Part shown: one piece after another, positions 36,315 through 50,549 of the stretch
How positions within the stretch are numbered: position 1 is the first letter of the stretch
Layout: each line of letters begins with the position of its first letter
Assembly (NCBI RefSeq): GCF_044704955.1
Contig: NC_091990.1
Location: 165,912,001 to 165,976,000 of the forward strand
From: Pristiophorus japonicus
Taxonomy: Eukaryota
Direction of reading: 5' to 3'
DNA length: 64,000 nucleotides
Made by a program: the position numbers and the translations under genes
Notes under the pieces: model-generated
Database searches by the model: none
What the model was told of the DNA's origin: nothing
What the model saw: the letters and a program-made list of their open reading frames with translations, nothing else

Positions 36315-37985
36315 ATCCTTCTACCACGGTTGACATGGCCCCAGACCGTGTCCATTCTATTTCTCGCACTTCTATTCTCACCCCTTCCCCTCCCTCCCAG
36401 AACCACGATAGGGTTCCCCTTGTCCTCATCTTTCACCGCCAGCCCCCCCCCCCCCAGCCTCCACATTCAACGGATCATCCTCCGCCATTTCCAGCGTGAT
36501 CCCACCACCAAACACATTCCGAAGGGACTGCTCCCTCCACAACACCCTGGTCCACTCCTCAATCACCCCCAACACCCCTTCCCCTTCCAACAGCACCTTC
36601 CCGTGTAAGCACAGGAGATGCAACTCCTCCCTTCCCAATGTCCAGGGCCCCAAACATTCCTTCCAGCTGAAACAACAATTTACTTGTACTTCTTGCAATT
36701 TAGTATACTGTATTCGCTGCTCACGATGCGGTCTCCACATTGGGGAGACCAAATGCAGATTGAGTGACCGCTTTCTAAAACGCCTCCATTCAGTCCGTAA
36801 GCATGACCCTGAGCCTCCGGCCGCCTGTTACTGTAATTCTCCGCTCCACTCTCACTCTGATCTCTCTGTCTTCAGCCTCTTACACTGTTCCAACGAAGCT
36901 CAATGTTTGTTCGAGGAACAGCACCTCATCTTTCAATTAGGCACTTTACAGCCTTCCGGACTCAACATCAAGCTTAACAATTTCAGACCATAACCTCTGA
37001 CCCTATTTTTTTTTTCACATGGCAGCTGTTGATGATTCTGCCATTTCCATTTCCACCTCATCTAGACTCCGCTTTTGTTTCTTAACTTGTCCCATTCCCA
37101 TCTCCTTTTGCCTTGCACCATCATCCTTTTTGTTTTATTGGGCTAAACTTTCCTTTCATTTTTGTGAGTTCTCGGCGGTACAGCTGTTTTTCCGCCCGGC
37201 AAAAGTTTCCCCCTTTGTTTTTTAATAGTATCGCCCAAATCTGAAAACGCCCGCCGGGACCAAACCGCTGACGTGCACTGCTGAGAAAATCGTCAGAGCG
37301 TAAGTTTGGCCTCAACGGAAGCCTGTCCAGATCGCCAAGGGAACCGCCCTGTAAAAGCTGCTTAAACAGGGCAGTAGGTGAGTACTCTGCAAACAAAGGT
37401 AAGTTAAAGGTACTTTATTTTTTTTTATTTTAAAACGGCGATTATGTGTAAAAGTGTCTTGGGAATGTTTTTAATTTTTTTTTAGTGGACATGTTTTTTT
37501 TAAATTTTCCCCTCTACCTAGGCCTCGGACTAAATTTTTAAAAAACTGTCCATTTACTTAGTTTCCCCTTAATTGCCAAAAAAACCACGAGAATAATGGT
37601 GCAAGACCCATTTTCTCGCCGGGCGATTAGTTTTAAATAGTTTTAACTTGAAACTGGAAATTTTCACCACCGTTACTTACCAAATGTTAGTGGTTTTTCT
37701 GGACGGGCAATCAGGCGTTGCGGGGCTCTCAGGAAAGTTTAGCCCTTAATCTCTCCTGCCTTCCATCCTATCACAGACCTTCCCTTTTGTTCTTTCCTCC
37801 CCTCCCCCTTTCCCTGCCCCTACACTTGCTTAAAAATCTATTGCATCTGTAACTTTTTCCAGAGTCATGGACCTGAAACATTAACTCTGTTTCTCTCTCT
37901 ACAGATGCTGCCTGACCTGCTGAGTATTTCCAGCATTTTTTGTTTTTATTTCAGATTTCTAGCATCTGCAGTATTTTACTTTTGC
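36315..37985 (+). mobile_element. Penelope-like element 3' fragment (GIY-YIG endonuclease + terminal repeat), interrupted by a MITE
   Basis: NLVYCIRCSRCGLHIGETKCRL ... EEQHLIFQLGTLQPSGLN in ORF 36496-36993. Confidence 0.88.
37140..37745. mobile_element. PIF/Harbinger-like MITE inside the Penelope terminal region
   Basis: Perfect 14-bp TIRs GGGCTAAACTTTCC (37140-37153) / GGAAAGTTTAGCCC (37732-37745); T/A-rich flanks; host sequence resumes after it. Confidence 0.8.
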
Positions 37986-38169
37986 CTATGTTCTGGAGTT
38001 CCCTAAACCTCTCCATCTCTCTCTCCTTTAAGACCCTCCTTACAATCGGCATCTTTAAGTCAACCCTCCTAATATCTCCTCCTTTGGCTTGTTGTCAATT
38101 TTTGTCTGATTATGTTTCTGCAAAGCACCTTGGGATATTTTTCTACATTAAAGGCGCTACATCAGTTGT

Positions 38170-41100
38170 TGAAACATAGAAAATAGGTGCAGGAGTAGGC
38201 CATTCGGCCCTTCGAGCCTGCACCACCATTAATATGATCATGGCTGATCATTCATCTCAGTACCCCATTCCTGCTTTCTCTCCATACCCCTTAATCCCTT
38301 TAGCCGTAAGGACCACATCTAATTCCCTTTTGAATATATCTAACGAACTGGCCTCAACAACTTTCTGTGGTAGAGAATTCCACAGGTTCACAATTCTCTG
38401 AGTGAAGAAGTTTCTACTCATCTCTGTGGTGTCTCTGCACCTTGTTACAAACTCACACGAGGCATGTATATATCACTTTATTCCCAGGACCAAGGAGTGC
38501 TGACCCTGGGTGGGACCTCCCCTTTATACCTGGAGACCCAGGTGAGGAGTGTCTCCCGCAAGCTCACCCCCTGTGGTCAGGGTGTGCATTTCAAGGGTAC
38601 AGGTACAGTGTGCATGAGTTACAGTTACATAACTATTGTCATTGCAAGGTGGTGAAATACACGACAATCTCAGTCCTAAATGGCTTACCCCTTATCGTTA
38701 GACTGACCCCTGGTTCTGGATTTCCCCAACACGGGAACATTCTTCCTGCATCTAACCTGTCCAATCCTGTCAGAATTTTACATGTTTCTATGAGATCCCT
38801 TCTCATTCTTCTAAATTCCAGTGAATATAAGTCTAGTCGATCCAGTCTTTCTTCACATGTCAGTCCTGCCATCCCGGGAATCAGTCTGGTGAACCTTCGC
38901 TTCACTCCCTCAATAGCAAGAATGTCCTTCCTCGGATTAGGAGACCAAAACTGCACACAATACTCAAGGTGTGGTCTCACCAAGGCCCTGCACAACTGCA
39001 GTAAGACCTCCCTGCTCCTATACTCAAATCTCCTCGCTATGAAGGCCAGCGTGCCATTAGCTTTCTTTACTGCCTGCTGTACCTGCATGCCTACCTTCAA
39101 TGACTGATGTACCATAACACCCAGGTCTCGTTGCACCGCCCCTTTTAATAATCTGTCACCATTCAGATAATAATCTGCCTTCCTCTTTTTGCCACCAAAG
39201 TGGATAACCTCATACTTATCCACATTATACTGCATCTGCCATTCGTTTGCCCATTCACCTAACCTGTCCAAGTCCCCCTGCAGCCTCCTAGCATCCTCCT
39301 CGCAGCTCACACTGCCACCCAGCTTAATGTCATCTGCAAACTTGGAGATATTACATTCAATTCCTTCGTCTAAATCATTAATGTATATTGTAAATAGCTG
39401 GGGTCCCAGCACTGAACCCTGCGGAACCCCACTGCCTGCCATTCTGAAAAGGACCCGTTTATTCCCACTCTTTCCTTCCTGTCTTCCAACCAGTTCTCTA
39501 TCCACTTCAATACATTACCCCCAATACCATGTGCCTTAATTTTGCACACTAATCTCTTGTGTGGGACCTTGTCAACAGCCTTTTGAAAGTCCAAATACAC
39601 CACATCCACTGGTTCTCCCTTGTCCACTCTACTAGTTACATCCTCAAAAAACTCTAGAAGATTTGTCAAGCATGATTTCCCTTTCATAAATCCATGCTGA
39701 CTTGGACCGATCCTGTCACTGCTTTCCAAATGCGTTGCTATTACATCTTTAACAATTGATTCCAGCATTTTCCCCACCACCAATGTCAGACTAACAGTCG
39801 ATAATTCCCTGTTTTCTCTCTCCTTCCTTTTTTTAAAAGTAGGGTTAAATTAGCTACCCTCCAGTCCATAGGAACTGAACCAGAGTCCATGGAATGTTGG
39901 AAAATGACCACCAATGCATCTACTATTTCTAGGGCCACTTCCTTAAGTACTCTGGGATGCAGACTATCAGGCCCTGGGGATTTATCGGCCTTCAGTCCCT
40001 TCAATTTCCCTAACATAATTTCCTGACTAATAAGGATTTCCCTCAGTTCCCCCTTCTCGCTAGACCCTCGGTCCCCTAGTATTTTAGGGAGGTTATTCGT
40101 ATCTTCCTTAGTGAAGACAGAACCAAAGTATTTGTTCAATTGGTCTGCCATTTCCTTGTTCCCCATTACGAATTCACCTGATTCTGACTGCAAGGGACCT
40201 ACGTTAGTCTTCACTAATCTTTTTCTCTTCACATATCTATAGAAGCTTTTGCAGTCAGTTTTTATGTTCCCTGCAAGCTTACTCTCATACTCTATTTTCC
40301 CCCTCATAATTAAACCCTTTGTCCTCCTCTGCTGAATTCTAAATTTCTCCCAGTCCATAGGTTTGCTGCTTTTTCTGGCCAATTTATATGTCTCTTCCTT
40401 GGATTTAACACTTCCCTTGTTTCCCTTGTTAGCCACGGTTGAGCCACCTTCCTTTTTTTATTCTTATGCCACACAGGGATGTACACTTGTTGTAATTCAT
40501 CCATGTGATATTTAAATGTCTGCCATTGCCTATCCACTGTCAACCCTTTAAGTGTCATTCTCACCAATTCACGTCTCATACCGTCGAAGTTTCTTTTCTT
40601 TAAGTTCCGGGCCCTAGTCTCTGAATTAACTGTGTCACTCTCCATCTTAATGAAGAATTCTACCATATTATGGTCACTCTTCCCCAAAGGGCCCCGCACG
40701 ACCAGATTACTCATTAATCCTCTCTCGTTACACAAGTCTAGGATGGCCTGCTCTCTAGTTGGTTCCTCGACATATTGGTCTAGAAAACCATCCCTTATAC
40801 ACTCCAGGAAATCCTCCTCCACAGCATTGCTACCACAGTTTGGTTAGCCCAACCAATATGTAGATTAAAGTCACCCATGATAACTGCTGTACCCTTATTG
40901 CACGTGTCCTTAATTTCCTGTTTGATGCCATCCCCAACCTCCCTACTACTGTTTGGTGGTCTGTACAAAACTCCCACTAACATTTTCTGCCCTTTGGTGT
41001 TTCACAGCTCTACCCATATAGATTCCACATCATCCACGCTAATGCCCTTCCTTACTATTGCGTTAATCTCCTCTTTAACCAGTAATGCTACCCACCTCCT

Positions 41101-42720
41101 TTTCCTTCCTGTCTGTCCTTCTGTAATATTGGATACCCCTGGATGTTGAGTTCCCAGCCTTGGTTATCTTGGAGTCATGTCTCTGTAATCCCAATTACAT
41201 CATATCCGTTAACAGCTATCTGCGCAGTCAATTCACCCACCTTATTACAATGCTCCTCGCATTGAGACTCAGAGCCTTCAGGCTTGTCTTTTTTAACACC
41301 CTTTGTCCTTTTAGAATTATGTTGTAATGTGGCCCTTTTTGATTTTTGCCCTTGATTTCGCTGCCCTCCACTCTTGCTTTTTTCCTTCCTACCTTTTGCT
41401 TCTGCCCCCTTTTTACTTCCCTCTGTCTCCCTGCATAGATTCCCATCCCCCTGCCATTTTAGTTTAAACCCTCCCCAACAGCATTAGCAAACACTCCCCC
41501 CTAGACATCGGTTCCGGTCTTGCCCAGGTGCAGACCGTCCGGTTTGTACTGGTCCCACCTCCCCTAGAACCGGTTCCAATGTCCCAGGAATTTTAATCCC
41601 TCCCCCTTGCACCATTCCTCAAACCACGTATTCATCTGAGCTATCCTGCAATTCCTACTCTGACTAGCACGTGGCACTGGTAGCAATCCTGAGATTACTA
41701 CCTTTGAGGTCCTACTTTTTAATTTAATTCCTAGCTCCCTAAATTCAGCTTGTAGGACCTCACCCCATTTTTTACCTATATCGTAGGTACTTATATGTAC
41801 CATGACAGTTGGCTCCCCCTCCAGAATGCGCTGCAGCCACTCCGAGACATCCTTGACCCTTGCACCAGGGAGGCAACATACCATCCTGGAGTCTCGATTG
41901 CGGCCGCAGAAATGCCTATCTATTCCCCTTACAATAGAATCCCCTATCAATATAGCTCTCCCACTCTTTTTCCTACCCCCCTGTACAGCAGAGCCACCCT
42001 TGGTGTGATGGACTTGGCTGCTGCTGCCTTCCCCTCATGAGCCATCTCCCCCAACATTACCCAAGGTGGTGTAACTATTTTGGAGCGAGATGACCGCAGG
42101 GGACCCCTGCATTACCTTCCTTCCACTGCTCTGCCTGATGGTCACCCATTCCCTATCTGGCTGTGTAACCTTTACCTGCGGTGTGACCAACTCATTAAAC
42201 ATGCTATTCACGACTACCTCAGCATCGCGGATGCTCCAGAGTGAATCCATGCGCAACTCCAGTGCCGCAATGCGGTCTGTCAGGAGCTGCAGCTGGATAC
42301 ACTTCCTGCACCTGTAGTTGTCAGGGACAATTAGGCTAATTTAAGGGTTAAGTCATGGTAGGAGAGCCCAGAACCGTGTCATGCTCTTCCTCTGCTATGT
42401 GGGAAGTGTCCCTGACTTCCTACATAACACAGGAAGAGCATGACACGGTTCTGGGCTCTCCTGCCATGACTTAACCCTTAAATTAACTTAATTGGTAACA
42501 ACGCCAAAGGTTTCTTACTTATAAGAAAAGAAAAAGATTAAATACTCACCAATCCACCAGCCAATCACTTACCCTCTTGGCTGTGACGTAACACTTCGAT
42601 TTCTTTTTGCTTCTTTGTTTACCTTCTGCCCCTGCATCAGCTGGTCCCTCGGACTGCCGCTGCTCCAACTCGCTGCCGCCGCCCTTTGTAGTCCCGAGCC
42701 CGCTCCTCTCGCAATGCTGC
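38170..42720 (-). mobile_element. Full-length CR1 LINE (5' UTR, ORF1, ORF2, 3' UTR), decayed
   Basis: Collinear ORF1 (41564-42470) and ORF2 fragments (38639-41270); gaaacatagaaa tail. Confidence 0.92.
38425..38666 (-). mobile_element. Gypsy solo LTR inserted in CR1
   Basis: TG...CA termini; perfect ATCTC TSD (38420-38424 and 38667-38671); TATAAA and AATAAA on - strand. Confidence 0.9.
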
Positions 42721-44801
42721 TGCATCTTGCCTAGTCCACCCAACAGTGTAAAGTAATCATTAATTGCATACAGTCCTGCTTACAAATGCCATCATAGTTC
42801 TCTTACTAAAACACTAACATTCAGCTTTATCCATTGCATCAATTATGGGCAGCTGCCATTATCACTATAAGACTATTTCATTAAAGGTTTTTAACGTGCA
42901 CCATCATTTTACATTATGTCTTCTGAACCGTATGCTTCCCACAGGTGCCCCTGTGAGCTGTCCTTTAGCTTATTCTCATGCTCTGTCTAGATGCTTTGAG
43001 GACCATAGATGCCAGAGGTACTCGTTTGCACTCTGGGAACATGACTCTACAGGATCTGGCATTCTCCTCAGGCCGTTGAGGTTCCTGCTGGAGGCTGTGT
43101 CTTCATTGTTGGTACATAGGCAGTCTGGTTCTGACTCCATGATCAGACAGCTGAGACCACCGACAGGACGGCATTCGGAGTGAAAGCAGCATCTTAAGGA
43201 CACACCGTTTGTCACCTCCACTCCTCCTCGCTCTACTGTCACTCACCTCACCCTTAACCCTCCATCCACTCAGTTCCTCTATCCAAGGCCAAGTGTCCAG
43301 AAGCTACCTCATTCAGTTTTTTTCCTACCGTAACCCACTTATTCATTTCCCTCAGTAATTTTGTTTGCTTTCAAAATTGAATTCTAACAAAAAATTAACT
43401 TGGGATAAGGAAAGATGTCTGTTGCTCTCTTTCTCTTCTGTCTCGGAGATGTGAGTAATTGGAATGTCAACAAAACAGGTGACAATTAGAAGCTTCCATT
43501 TGCATCAAAATTTAACTTAAAAAAAACAAATAAACTAAAATTAGAGCGAGGAAAGACATTTTCTCTCTCTGCTTAATATACTTTGAAGTTTATTGAACAC
43601 AAAACAAAAGCTGCAACGTACGAGTAATCAGTACAGTCTATTTGTTATTTTTGTCACTCCCACACACAAAAAATCTATCTGTTTAAGAAAATACTTAAAT
43701 AAACTTGAGTTGAATAATCCTTTTAAAATGTGTTTTCTAGCTTCAAATAATTTTGAAAAATAATGAAGCAGCGCTTGCTAGATGTTGATGAAATGGAATT
43801 GGGAAATCTGATAGACTGCACATTCCCAGATTAATTAGAACAACAGAGTAACGGGTCTAGGCATATCTATCAAGTCCAAACTAAGCTTCAGTTAAGGGTT
43901 TACTATTTAACTTTGAAATTCTCTGAGTATTTGTTGATACAGCAGATTTCAATGAAGTATGGACCTATGTAAGAATTCTAATATGTTATAGATTATCAGT
44001 AGATTTGCAGTTGGGTTGCTTTGGTAAAGTAGATTGTACTCTGTTTTCTAAGAACTAGAGTGGTATGCCATGTAATGCATCTGCTAAAGTGTGATATCCA
44101 TATGTGTTGAAGTACTGTACCATTTTTCATGTATTTGAATAAAAGTTAATAGAAAATACTGACTTTAGTTTAAAAATTTAGAATTTTTAAATGTATACCA
44201 CTCTTTAAAAAATAGACACTGTTTGTGAGTGGTTTTATGATCAACAATTTGCTGAACATGTCACTTCCGATGTCAATAATTACACTTTCTGTTCATCTCT
44301 TTGTCACACTTGATAATGCTTGCCTTGTAGTATTTGTAGCCCCTCCCACTCACAGTTCTGCTGTGACTCAATTAAGCTAAGTGATGCAGGACCAACTTCG
44401 TGCGGTGATGTGAATATGGAGCTATGGTTATATTAGATGCTTGTATTACTTGGAACCCTAGAAGTCAGAGCTATAATCACAGTTGAGCACCAATTACTTT
44501 AAGGTTTTTAATCATTGAGAAGAAAATATGGGAAATTGATGATACAGCAGACAGCCAGAATTGTTTTTTTATTTTTAAAAAAATTTAAAAAGCAGGTTCC
44601 CCAACTGCACTGGTCTGAAGTGAAATCTTTGTCTTGTATTCGTGTTCAGAGAATATCAACACCTAGCATACAGTATATAATTGGTTCATCCTGTGCTGCA
44701 ATAAACTCTAGATGCCTTTGGCTGTGTTGCCACTACTGCAAAGGCTACACATGTATACTCTTTGGTCTACATCTGATGGTTTCTCTGTCTCTTTTCTTCA
44801 G

Positions 44802-44935
44802 GTCCTGTCTGGAAGTTAGTGAGTTTTGTAGTTGCTTTACCAGGAGTTGCTATCTGCATGCTGAATGCTTATCTAAAGAAGTCGCAAGAACCTCCTGAAT
44901 TTGTGCCGTATACCCATCTCCGCATCCGCTCCAAG
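44802..44935 (+). CDS. COX6A: COX6A-family exon 2, (G)[44 protein letters not shown]
   Basis: 134 nt after a long pyrimidine tract, ttcag|GT ... AAG|gtata; diagnostic W K..F.VALPGV...MLN.YL and PEF..Y.HLRIR.K motifs of cytochrome c oxidase subunit 6A. Confidence 0.95.
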
Positions 44936-46029
44936 GTATAAGACAAAGTAAATAAGCTGTAACAGATATTTCAATACTCAGAATATTCTAATTGTCACAG
45001 AATTTAGCAATCGCAAATAATAAAAGTACACCAGGGCTTTGTATTCCAGCATGGGCCAGGGCAAAAAAAAAAACCATTATGTATGCCCATCAACACTCAG
45101 AAGAATGAAAGTATCATACTCTGTATCACACTCTACCAATCTTCAAAATGTGCATCAACAATAGAAATATAACCCTTGCCCACTCAGCAGATTGTCTCCC
45201 CTGTATCCATGCTACAATTACCATACTGTGCGCAGTCTCCACAGGTAAAAATATTGCACTTTTGGTGCTAAACTATACAGGCCAAATGGTCTCAGCTACA
45301 AACCTTGGTCTGTGCTAAATTATTTGATTTTTAAAAATTATTATTTATTCTTGAGATGTAGATGACACCAGAAAGCCAGTATTTATTACCCTCAGGGGAA
45401 CAATCCCTAGTTGCCCTGAGGGTATTAAGAATCAACAAGAGTATGAGATAAGAGTCACACATAAGCTCACAGTTACCAGATTTATTGAATTCAATTCACA
45501 ATTTTTCATGGTGGGATTTGATCTCTTGATTTTGGTTTGCCTTAGTGCAGTATCATGGGCTATCTTACCCATCTGAACTTTGGTAATGTTACATTTGATC
45601 TCAGAGACCTAGGCTAGGGAGAAAAAAAATCAGCTGATAACTATTTGATGTTTCCTGCAAGGTGAACATTGGACAGACAGGATTGAGCTTGCTGAGATGT
45701 CTTTTCTTGTTTCTTCCACAAGCCAACAGTACTAACAGTAGGGGGAGTATGTTCCACAAGATTACACTGTCTAATTACTAAAATCAGCATTGATCCACCT
45801 GATGAACCTTTTCACCTTTCTCTTCATCTATGTATATGGTCAACTAGCCTATTGACACACTGTCTAGATTCACACACAGACCAAAGCCAGAGGATAACAA
45901 CAACAACAGCATCTTTAACATAGTCAGTATCCAGGAGTCTTCAGAGTAGAACGGATGCCAAACAATAGTAGAAGAATTAGAATCTGAGACCAAAGTTAGA
46001 TTTTGAGGAGACTTTCGTAGAATGATAGA

Positions 46030-46855
46030 ACAGTACAGCACAGAAGGAGGCTATTTGGCCCATCGAGTCTCTACTGGCTCTTTCAAAGAGTCAGTCCCAC
46101 TCCCCGCTCTTTCCCCATATCCCTGTGATTTTTTTTCTCCTTTGCGTATTTATCCAATTCCCTTTTGAAGGCTACTATTGAATCTATAGCTACTATGCTA
46201 TCAGGCAGTGCATTCCAAATCCTAGCCACTCATTGCGTAAAAGAGTTTTTCCTCATATCGCCACTGGTTCTTTTGCCAATCAACTTAAATCTGTGCCCTC
46301 TAGTTATTAACCCTTCAGCCATTGGAAACAGTTTCTTTTTATTTACTCTTATCTAAACCCTTCATGATTTTAAATACTTCCATGAAATCTCCTCTTGGCC
46401 TTCTCTGCTCTAAGGAGAACAGCCCCAGCTTCTCCAGTCTATCCACCCCATCCCTGGAGCTATTCTATTAAATCTCTTCTGTACCCTCTCCAAAGCCTTC
46501 ATGTCCTTCCTAAAGTGTGGTGCCCAGAATTGGACACAGTACTTCAGCTGGAGCCAATCTAGTGTTTCATCCTATAGATGAAATGGTGCCTGGCTTTTGT
46601 ACTATATGTCTATTTATAAAGCCCATATGTTTTATTAACTGCTTTGTTAACCTGTCCTTCCACCTTCGAAGATTTGTGCACAAACACCCCCCTGTCTCTA
46701 TTCTTACACCCCCTTTAAAATTGTACCATTTAGCTTGTATTGTCTCTCCTCATGCCTCCTACCAAAATGCATCACCTCACACTTTTCTGCGTTGAATTTT
46801 ATCTGCCATGTGTCCGTCCATTCCACCGGCTTGTCTATGTCCTCTTGAAGTCTAT
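46030..46855 (-). mobile_element. Old CR1 3' fragment
   Basis: Decayed RT C-terminus and 3' UTR (gcagtgcattccaaatcctagccactcattgcgtaaaa). Confidence 0.7.
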
Positions 46856-48694
46856 TTCGTAGTCAGGGACAGAAGTAACAGGATATAGGGGATGAGTCCC
46901 AAAGTGTAACGGTGGGGAGGTGAAGGAGAGGCAAAAACCAGATGAACAGAAGGCATGTGCTGGAACATAGAGTTGGAGCAGGTTCAAAAAATATATCGTG
47001 GTTATGTCGGAGTTAACCTGATTTTTTTTGCATTGCAAGCATATTACTTTTCTTTTTCAAGTGCAAAGGAGAATAATTATGGTTGGAAAAAAATAGCTCT
47101 GATTTGAAAGGTTTTGAAAATGACAACGGTGATTAGCATAATTTCTGTTGTGATCAGTTAATAAGTAGTAACTTCTGATGAGCATAGCAGCACCAGCAAC
47201 AATGTTTAATTGCACAAAATTTTAACTCATAAAGGACTAGATGTCAGACAAGCAACCTGACAACATCGAGGTCGTGTAGGGGTTCAGAGAGATAGTGGTA
47301 AGGTAGAGCTGCTGTCATCGATGTACATGTGATTAACCCATGCATTTCTAAATGTTTACTAGTATTAGCCTAACTGGTCTATAGTTAACTGGTTTATCTT
47401 TCTCTTCCTTCTTGAACAAGGGTATTACATTATCTACTCTCCAATCCTACTTGCAAATGTAAGGAGGATTGGAAAAATGTGGCCAGAGCCTCTGCTATCT
47501 CCTCTCTGACTTCTTTCAACAGTCTAGGGTACATGCCATTAGGATCCAGTATGTATCCAGGTTGAGTTCTGCTTTTTTTTAAAGAACCAATTCCTTTTCT
47601 ACAGTTAGCTCCATGAATTGTTCCATATACTCCTCTAGCACACTTACATTCTCAATGACACTATCATTTATAAAAATCATATGGTATGGTTCTGCAGATG
47701 TCAGCTGCCCAATGGTATTTTACCCAAACAGCCATTATTTATGTGGAAGCCTTGATAGCAATTGTTGACAGGCCATTCGGCTGTGGGGACATCCCAGTCA
47801 AGCCCTATTCTGGAATTGCCCAACATACAGACATGTGTACTTGCAGCAGGCGTTTCTGGATAAACTCATCAAGCCACTAGACAACCTCAAAATCCCCACT
47901 CACGCTAGGTTCACACATTCCTTGTGCAAAGCCTCACAGAATTGTACTATTGCATAAGTCAACATCTTCAGGAAAAGATGGCAGAAATTTGTAAAGGCTA
48001 CTATATCTGTGCAAGTCATCACTGTACTTCAAGTCCCAGAATTCTCTCCACACAAGGTTGTAAAATAACCTTGTGAGGATATCATGAATGGGCAGCACCA
48101 TTATCAAAAGCAAGGCAAGAGTCAAACATTTCATTGCTTCTAAAAATGCTGTGAATTGTACAATGTCCAATCAGACTGTTGCAACATTTCCAGAGTTATT
48201 CTCCAATTTGGTATTTGGTTAAAAGAATGGTGGCTCAATGCATTTATCCAGCAACTCCTGCTGGAAGAATGTGTGTCTGGATGTTGGGGTAAAAGGAGTG
48301 AATGATTTGTCACAACTGCAGGAGAGACTGCTGTTTCTTGAACTAAAATCTCAAAAACTTGCGTGTGTCAATTTTGGTCTTATCAAACTGAGGTATGATA
48401 GCATTAGCATTTTCCATTTTGAACATTCAGTTTCATCATGAAGCACTCCCAGGTTAGGTACAGCACAATTAAATGCAGACTAAAGCTTCTGTTGCATTTT
48501 TACTGTTTCACCATTTGAAGCACCAAAGGCTACTCCCATAGGTGAACCCTTACTGATAAATCACAGTGTGACTTTATACATAAATTATCTGGTGATGGTA
48601 TTGTTGCCCAAAGGTTGAACAGAAACCTTTATTACTATAATGAATTCGCTAAATTGATACAGTTCTCGCATTCTTCTTGTCTTCACATAACATA

Positions 48695-50398
48695 AACACA
48701 AGTATTTTGTATCAGTTTTTACAGTAGAGGACACTAACAATATTCCAACAGTGGATAGTCAAAGGACTATAGGGAGAGGGGGAGGAACTTAACACAATCA
48801 CAATCACTAAGGAGGCGGTGCTCAGTAAGATAATGGGACTAAAGACAGATAAATCCTCTGGACCTGATGGCTTGCATCCTAGGGTCTTAAGAGAAGTAGC
48901 AGCAGGGATTGTGGATGCATTGATTGTAATTTACCAAAATTTCCTGGATTCTGGGGAGGTCCCAGCAGATTGGAAAACGCCCCTATTCAAAAGGGAGGCA
49001 GACAAAAAGCAGGAAACTATAGACCAGTTGGCCTAACATCTGTGGTTGGGAAAATGTTGGAGTCCATTATTAAAGAAGCAGTAACAGGACATTTGGAAAA
49101 GCATAATTCAGTCAGGCAGAGTCAGCATGGATTTATGAAAGGGAAGTCATGTTTGACAAATTTGCTGGAATTCTTTGAGGTGTAATGAACAGGGTGGATA
49201 AAAGGGAACCAGTGGATGTGGTGTATTTGGACTTCCAGAAGACATTTTTGACAAGGTGCCACACAAAAGGTTACTGCACAAGATAAAAGTTCAAGGGGTT
49301 GGGGGTAATATATTAGCATGGATAGAAGATTGGCTGACAAACAGAAAGTCGGGATAAATGGTTCATTCTCTGGTTGGCAATCAGTAACGAGTGGGGTGGG
49401 CAGGGATCAGTGCTGGGACCCCAACTATTTACAATCTATATTAACGACTTGGAAGAGGGGACTGAGTGTAACGTAGCCAAGTTAGCTGACGATATAAAGA
49501 TGGGAGGAAGGGCAATGTGTGAGGAGGACATAAAGAGACTGCAGGAGGACGTAGACAGGCTAAGTGAGTGGGCAAGAATTTGGCAGATGGAGTATAATGT
49601 TGGAAAGTGTGAGGTCTGGCAGAAAAAATCAAAGAGCAAGTTATTATTTAAATGGAGAAAGATTGCAAAGTGCTGCAGTACTGCGGGACCTGGGGGTACT
49701 TGTGTATGAAACACAAAAGATTAGTATGCAGGTACAGCAAGTGATCAGGAAGGCAATGGAATCTTGGCCTTTATTGCAAAGGGGATGAAGTATAAAAGCA
49801 GGGAAGTCTTGTACAGCTGTACAGGGTATTGGTGAGGCCACACCTGGAATACTGCGTGCAGTTTTGGTTTCCATATTTCCGAAAGGATATACTTGCTGTG
49901 GAGGCAGTTCAGAGAAGGTTCACTAGGTTGATCCCAGGGGTGAGGGGGTTGACTTATGAGGAAAGGTTGAGTAGGTTGGGCCTCTACTCATTGGAATTCA
50001 GAAGAATGAGAGGTGATCTTATAGAAACGTATAAGATTATGAGGGGGGCTTGACAAGGTGGATGCAGAGAGGATGTTTCCACTGATTGGGGAGACTAAGA
50101 CTAGAGGGCATAATCTTAGAATAAGGGACCGCCCATTTAGAACTGAGATGAGGAGAAATTTCTTCTCTCAGGGGTTGTAAATCTGTGGAATTCGCTGCTT
50201 CAGAGAGCTGTGGAAGCTGGGACATTAAATAAATTTAAGACAGAAATAGACAGTTTCTTAAACAATAAGGGCTTATGGGGAGCGGGCAGGGAGGTGGAGC
50301 TGAGTCCGTGGTCAGATCAGCCATGATCTTATTAAATGGCGGAGCAGGCTCGAGGGGCCTTATGGCCTACTCCTGTTCCTATTTCTTATATTCTTATG
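48695..50398 (+). mobile_element. CR1 LINE, 5'-truncated and decayed
   Basis: ORF fragments 48818-50053 with RT motifs; tail ttcttatattcttatg. Confidence 0.9.
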
Positions 50399-50549
50399 TA
50401 TAAACACTCTATTTATACAACTCAGGCTATAACCTACAAATCAGGTTTCTTAAAAGTAAAAAGTAGGCAGCAGTGAAAAATCAATACAGTAGATTTCACT
50501 TGATTACAGAACATTTAACTTATAGCTCGTCATGAAGAATTTTGATAAA

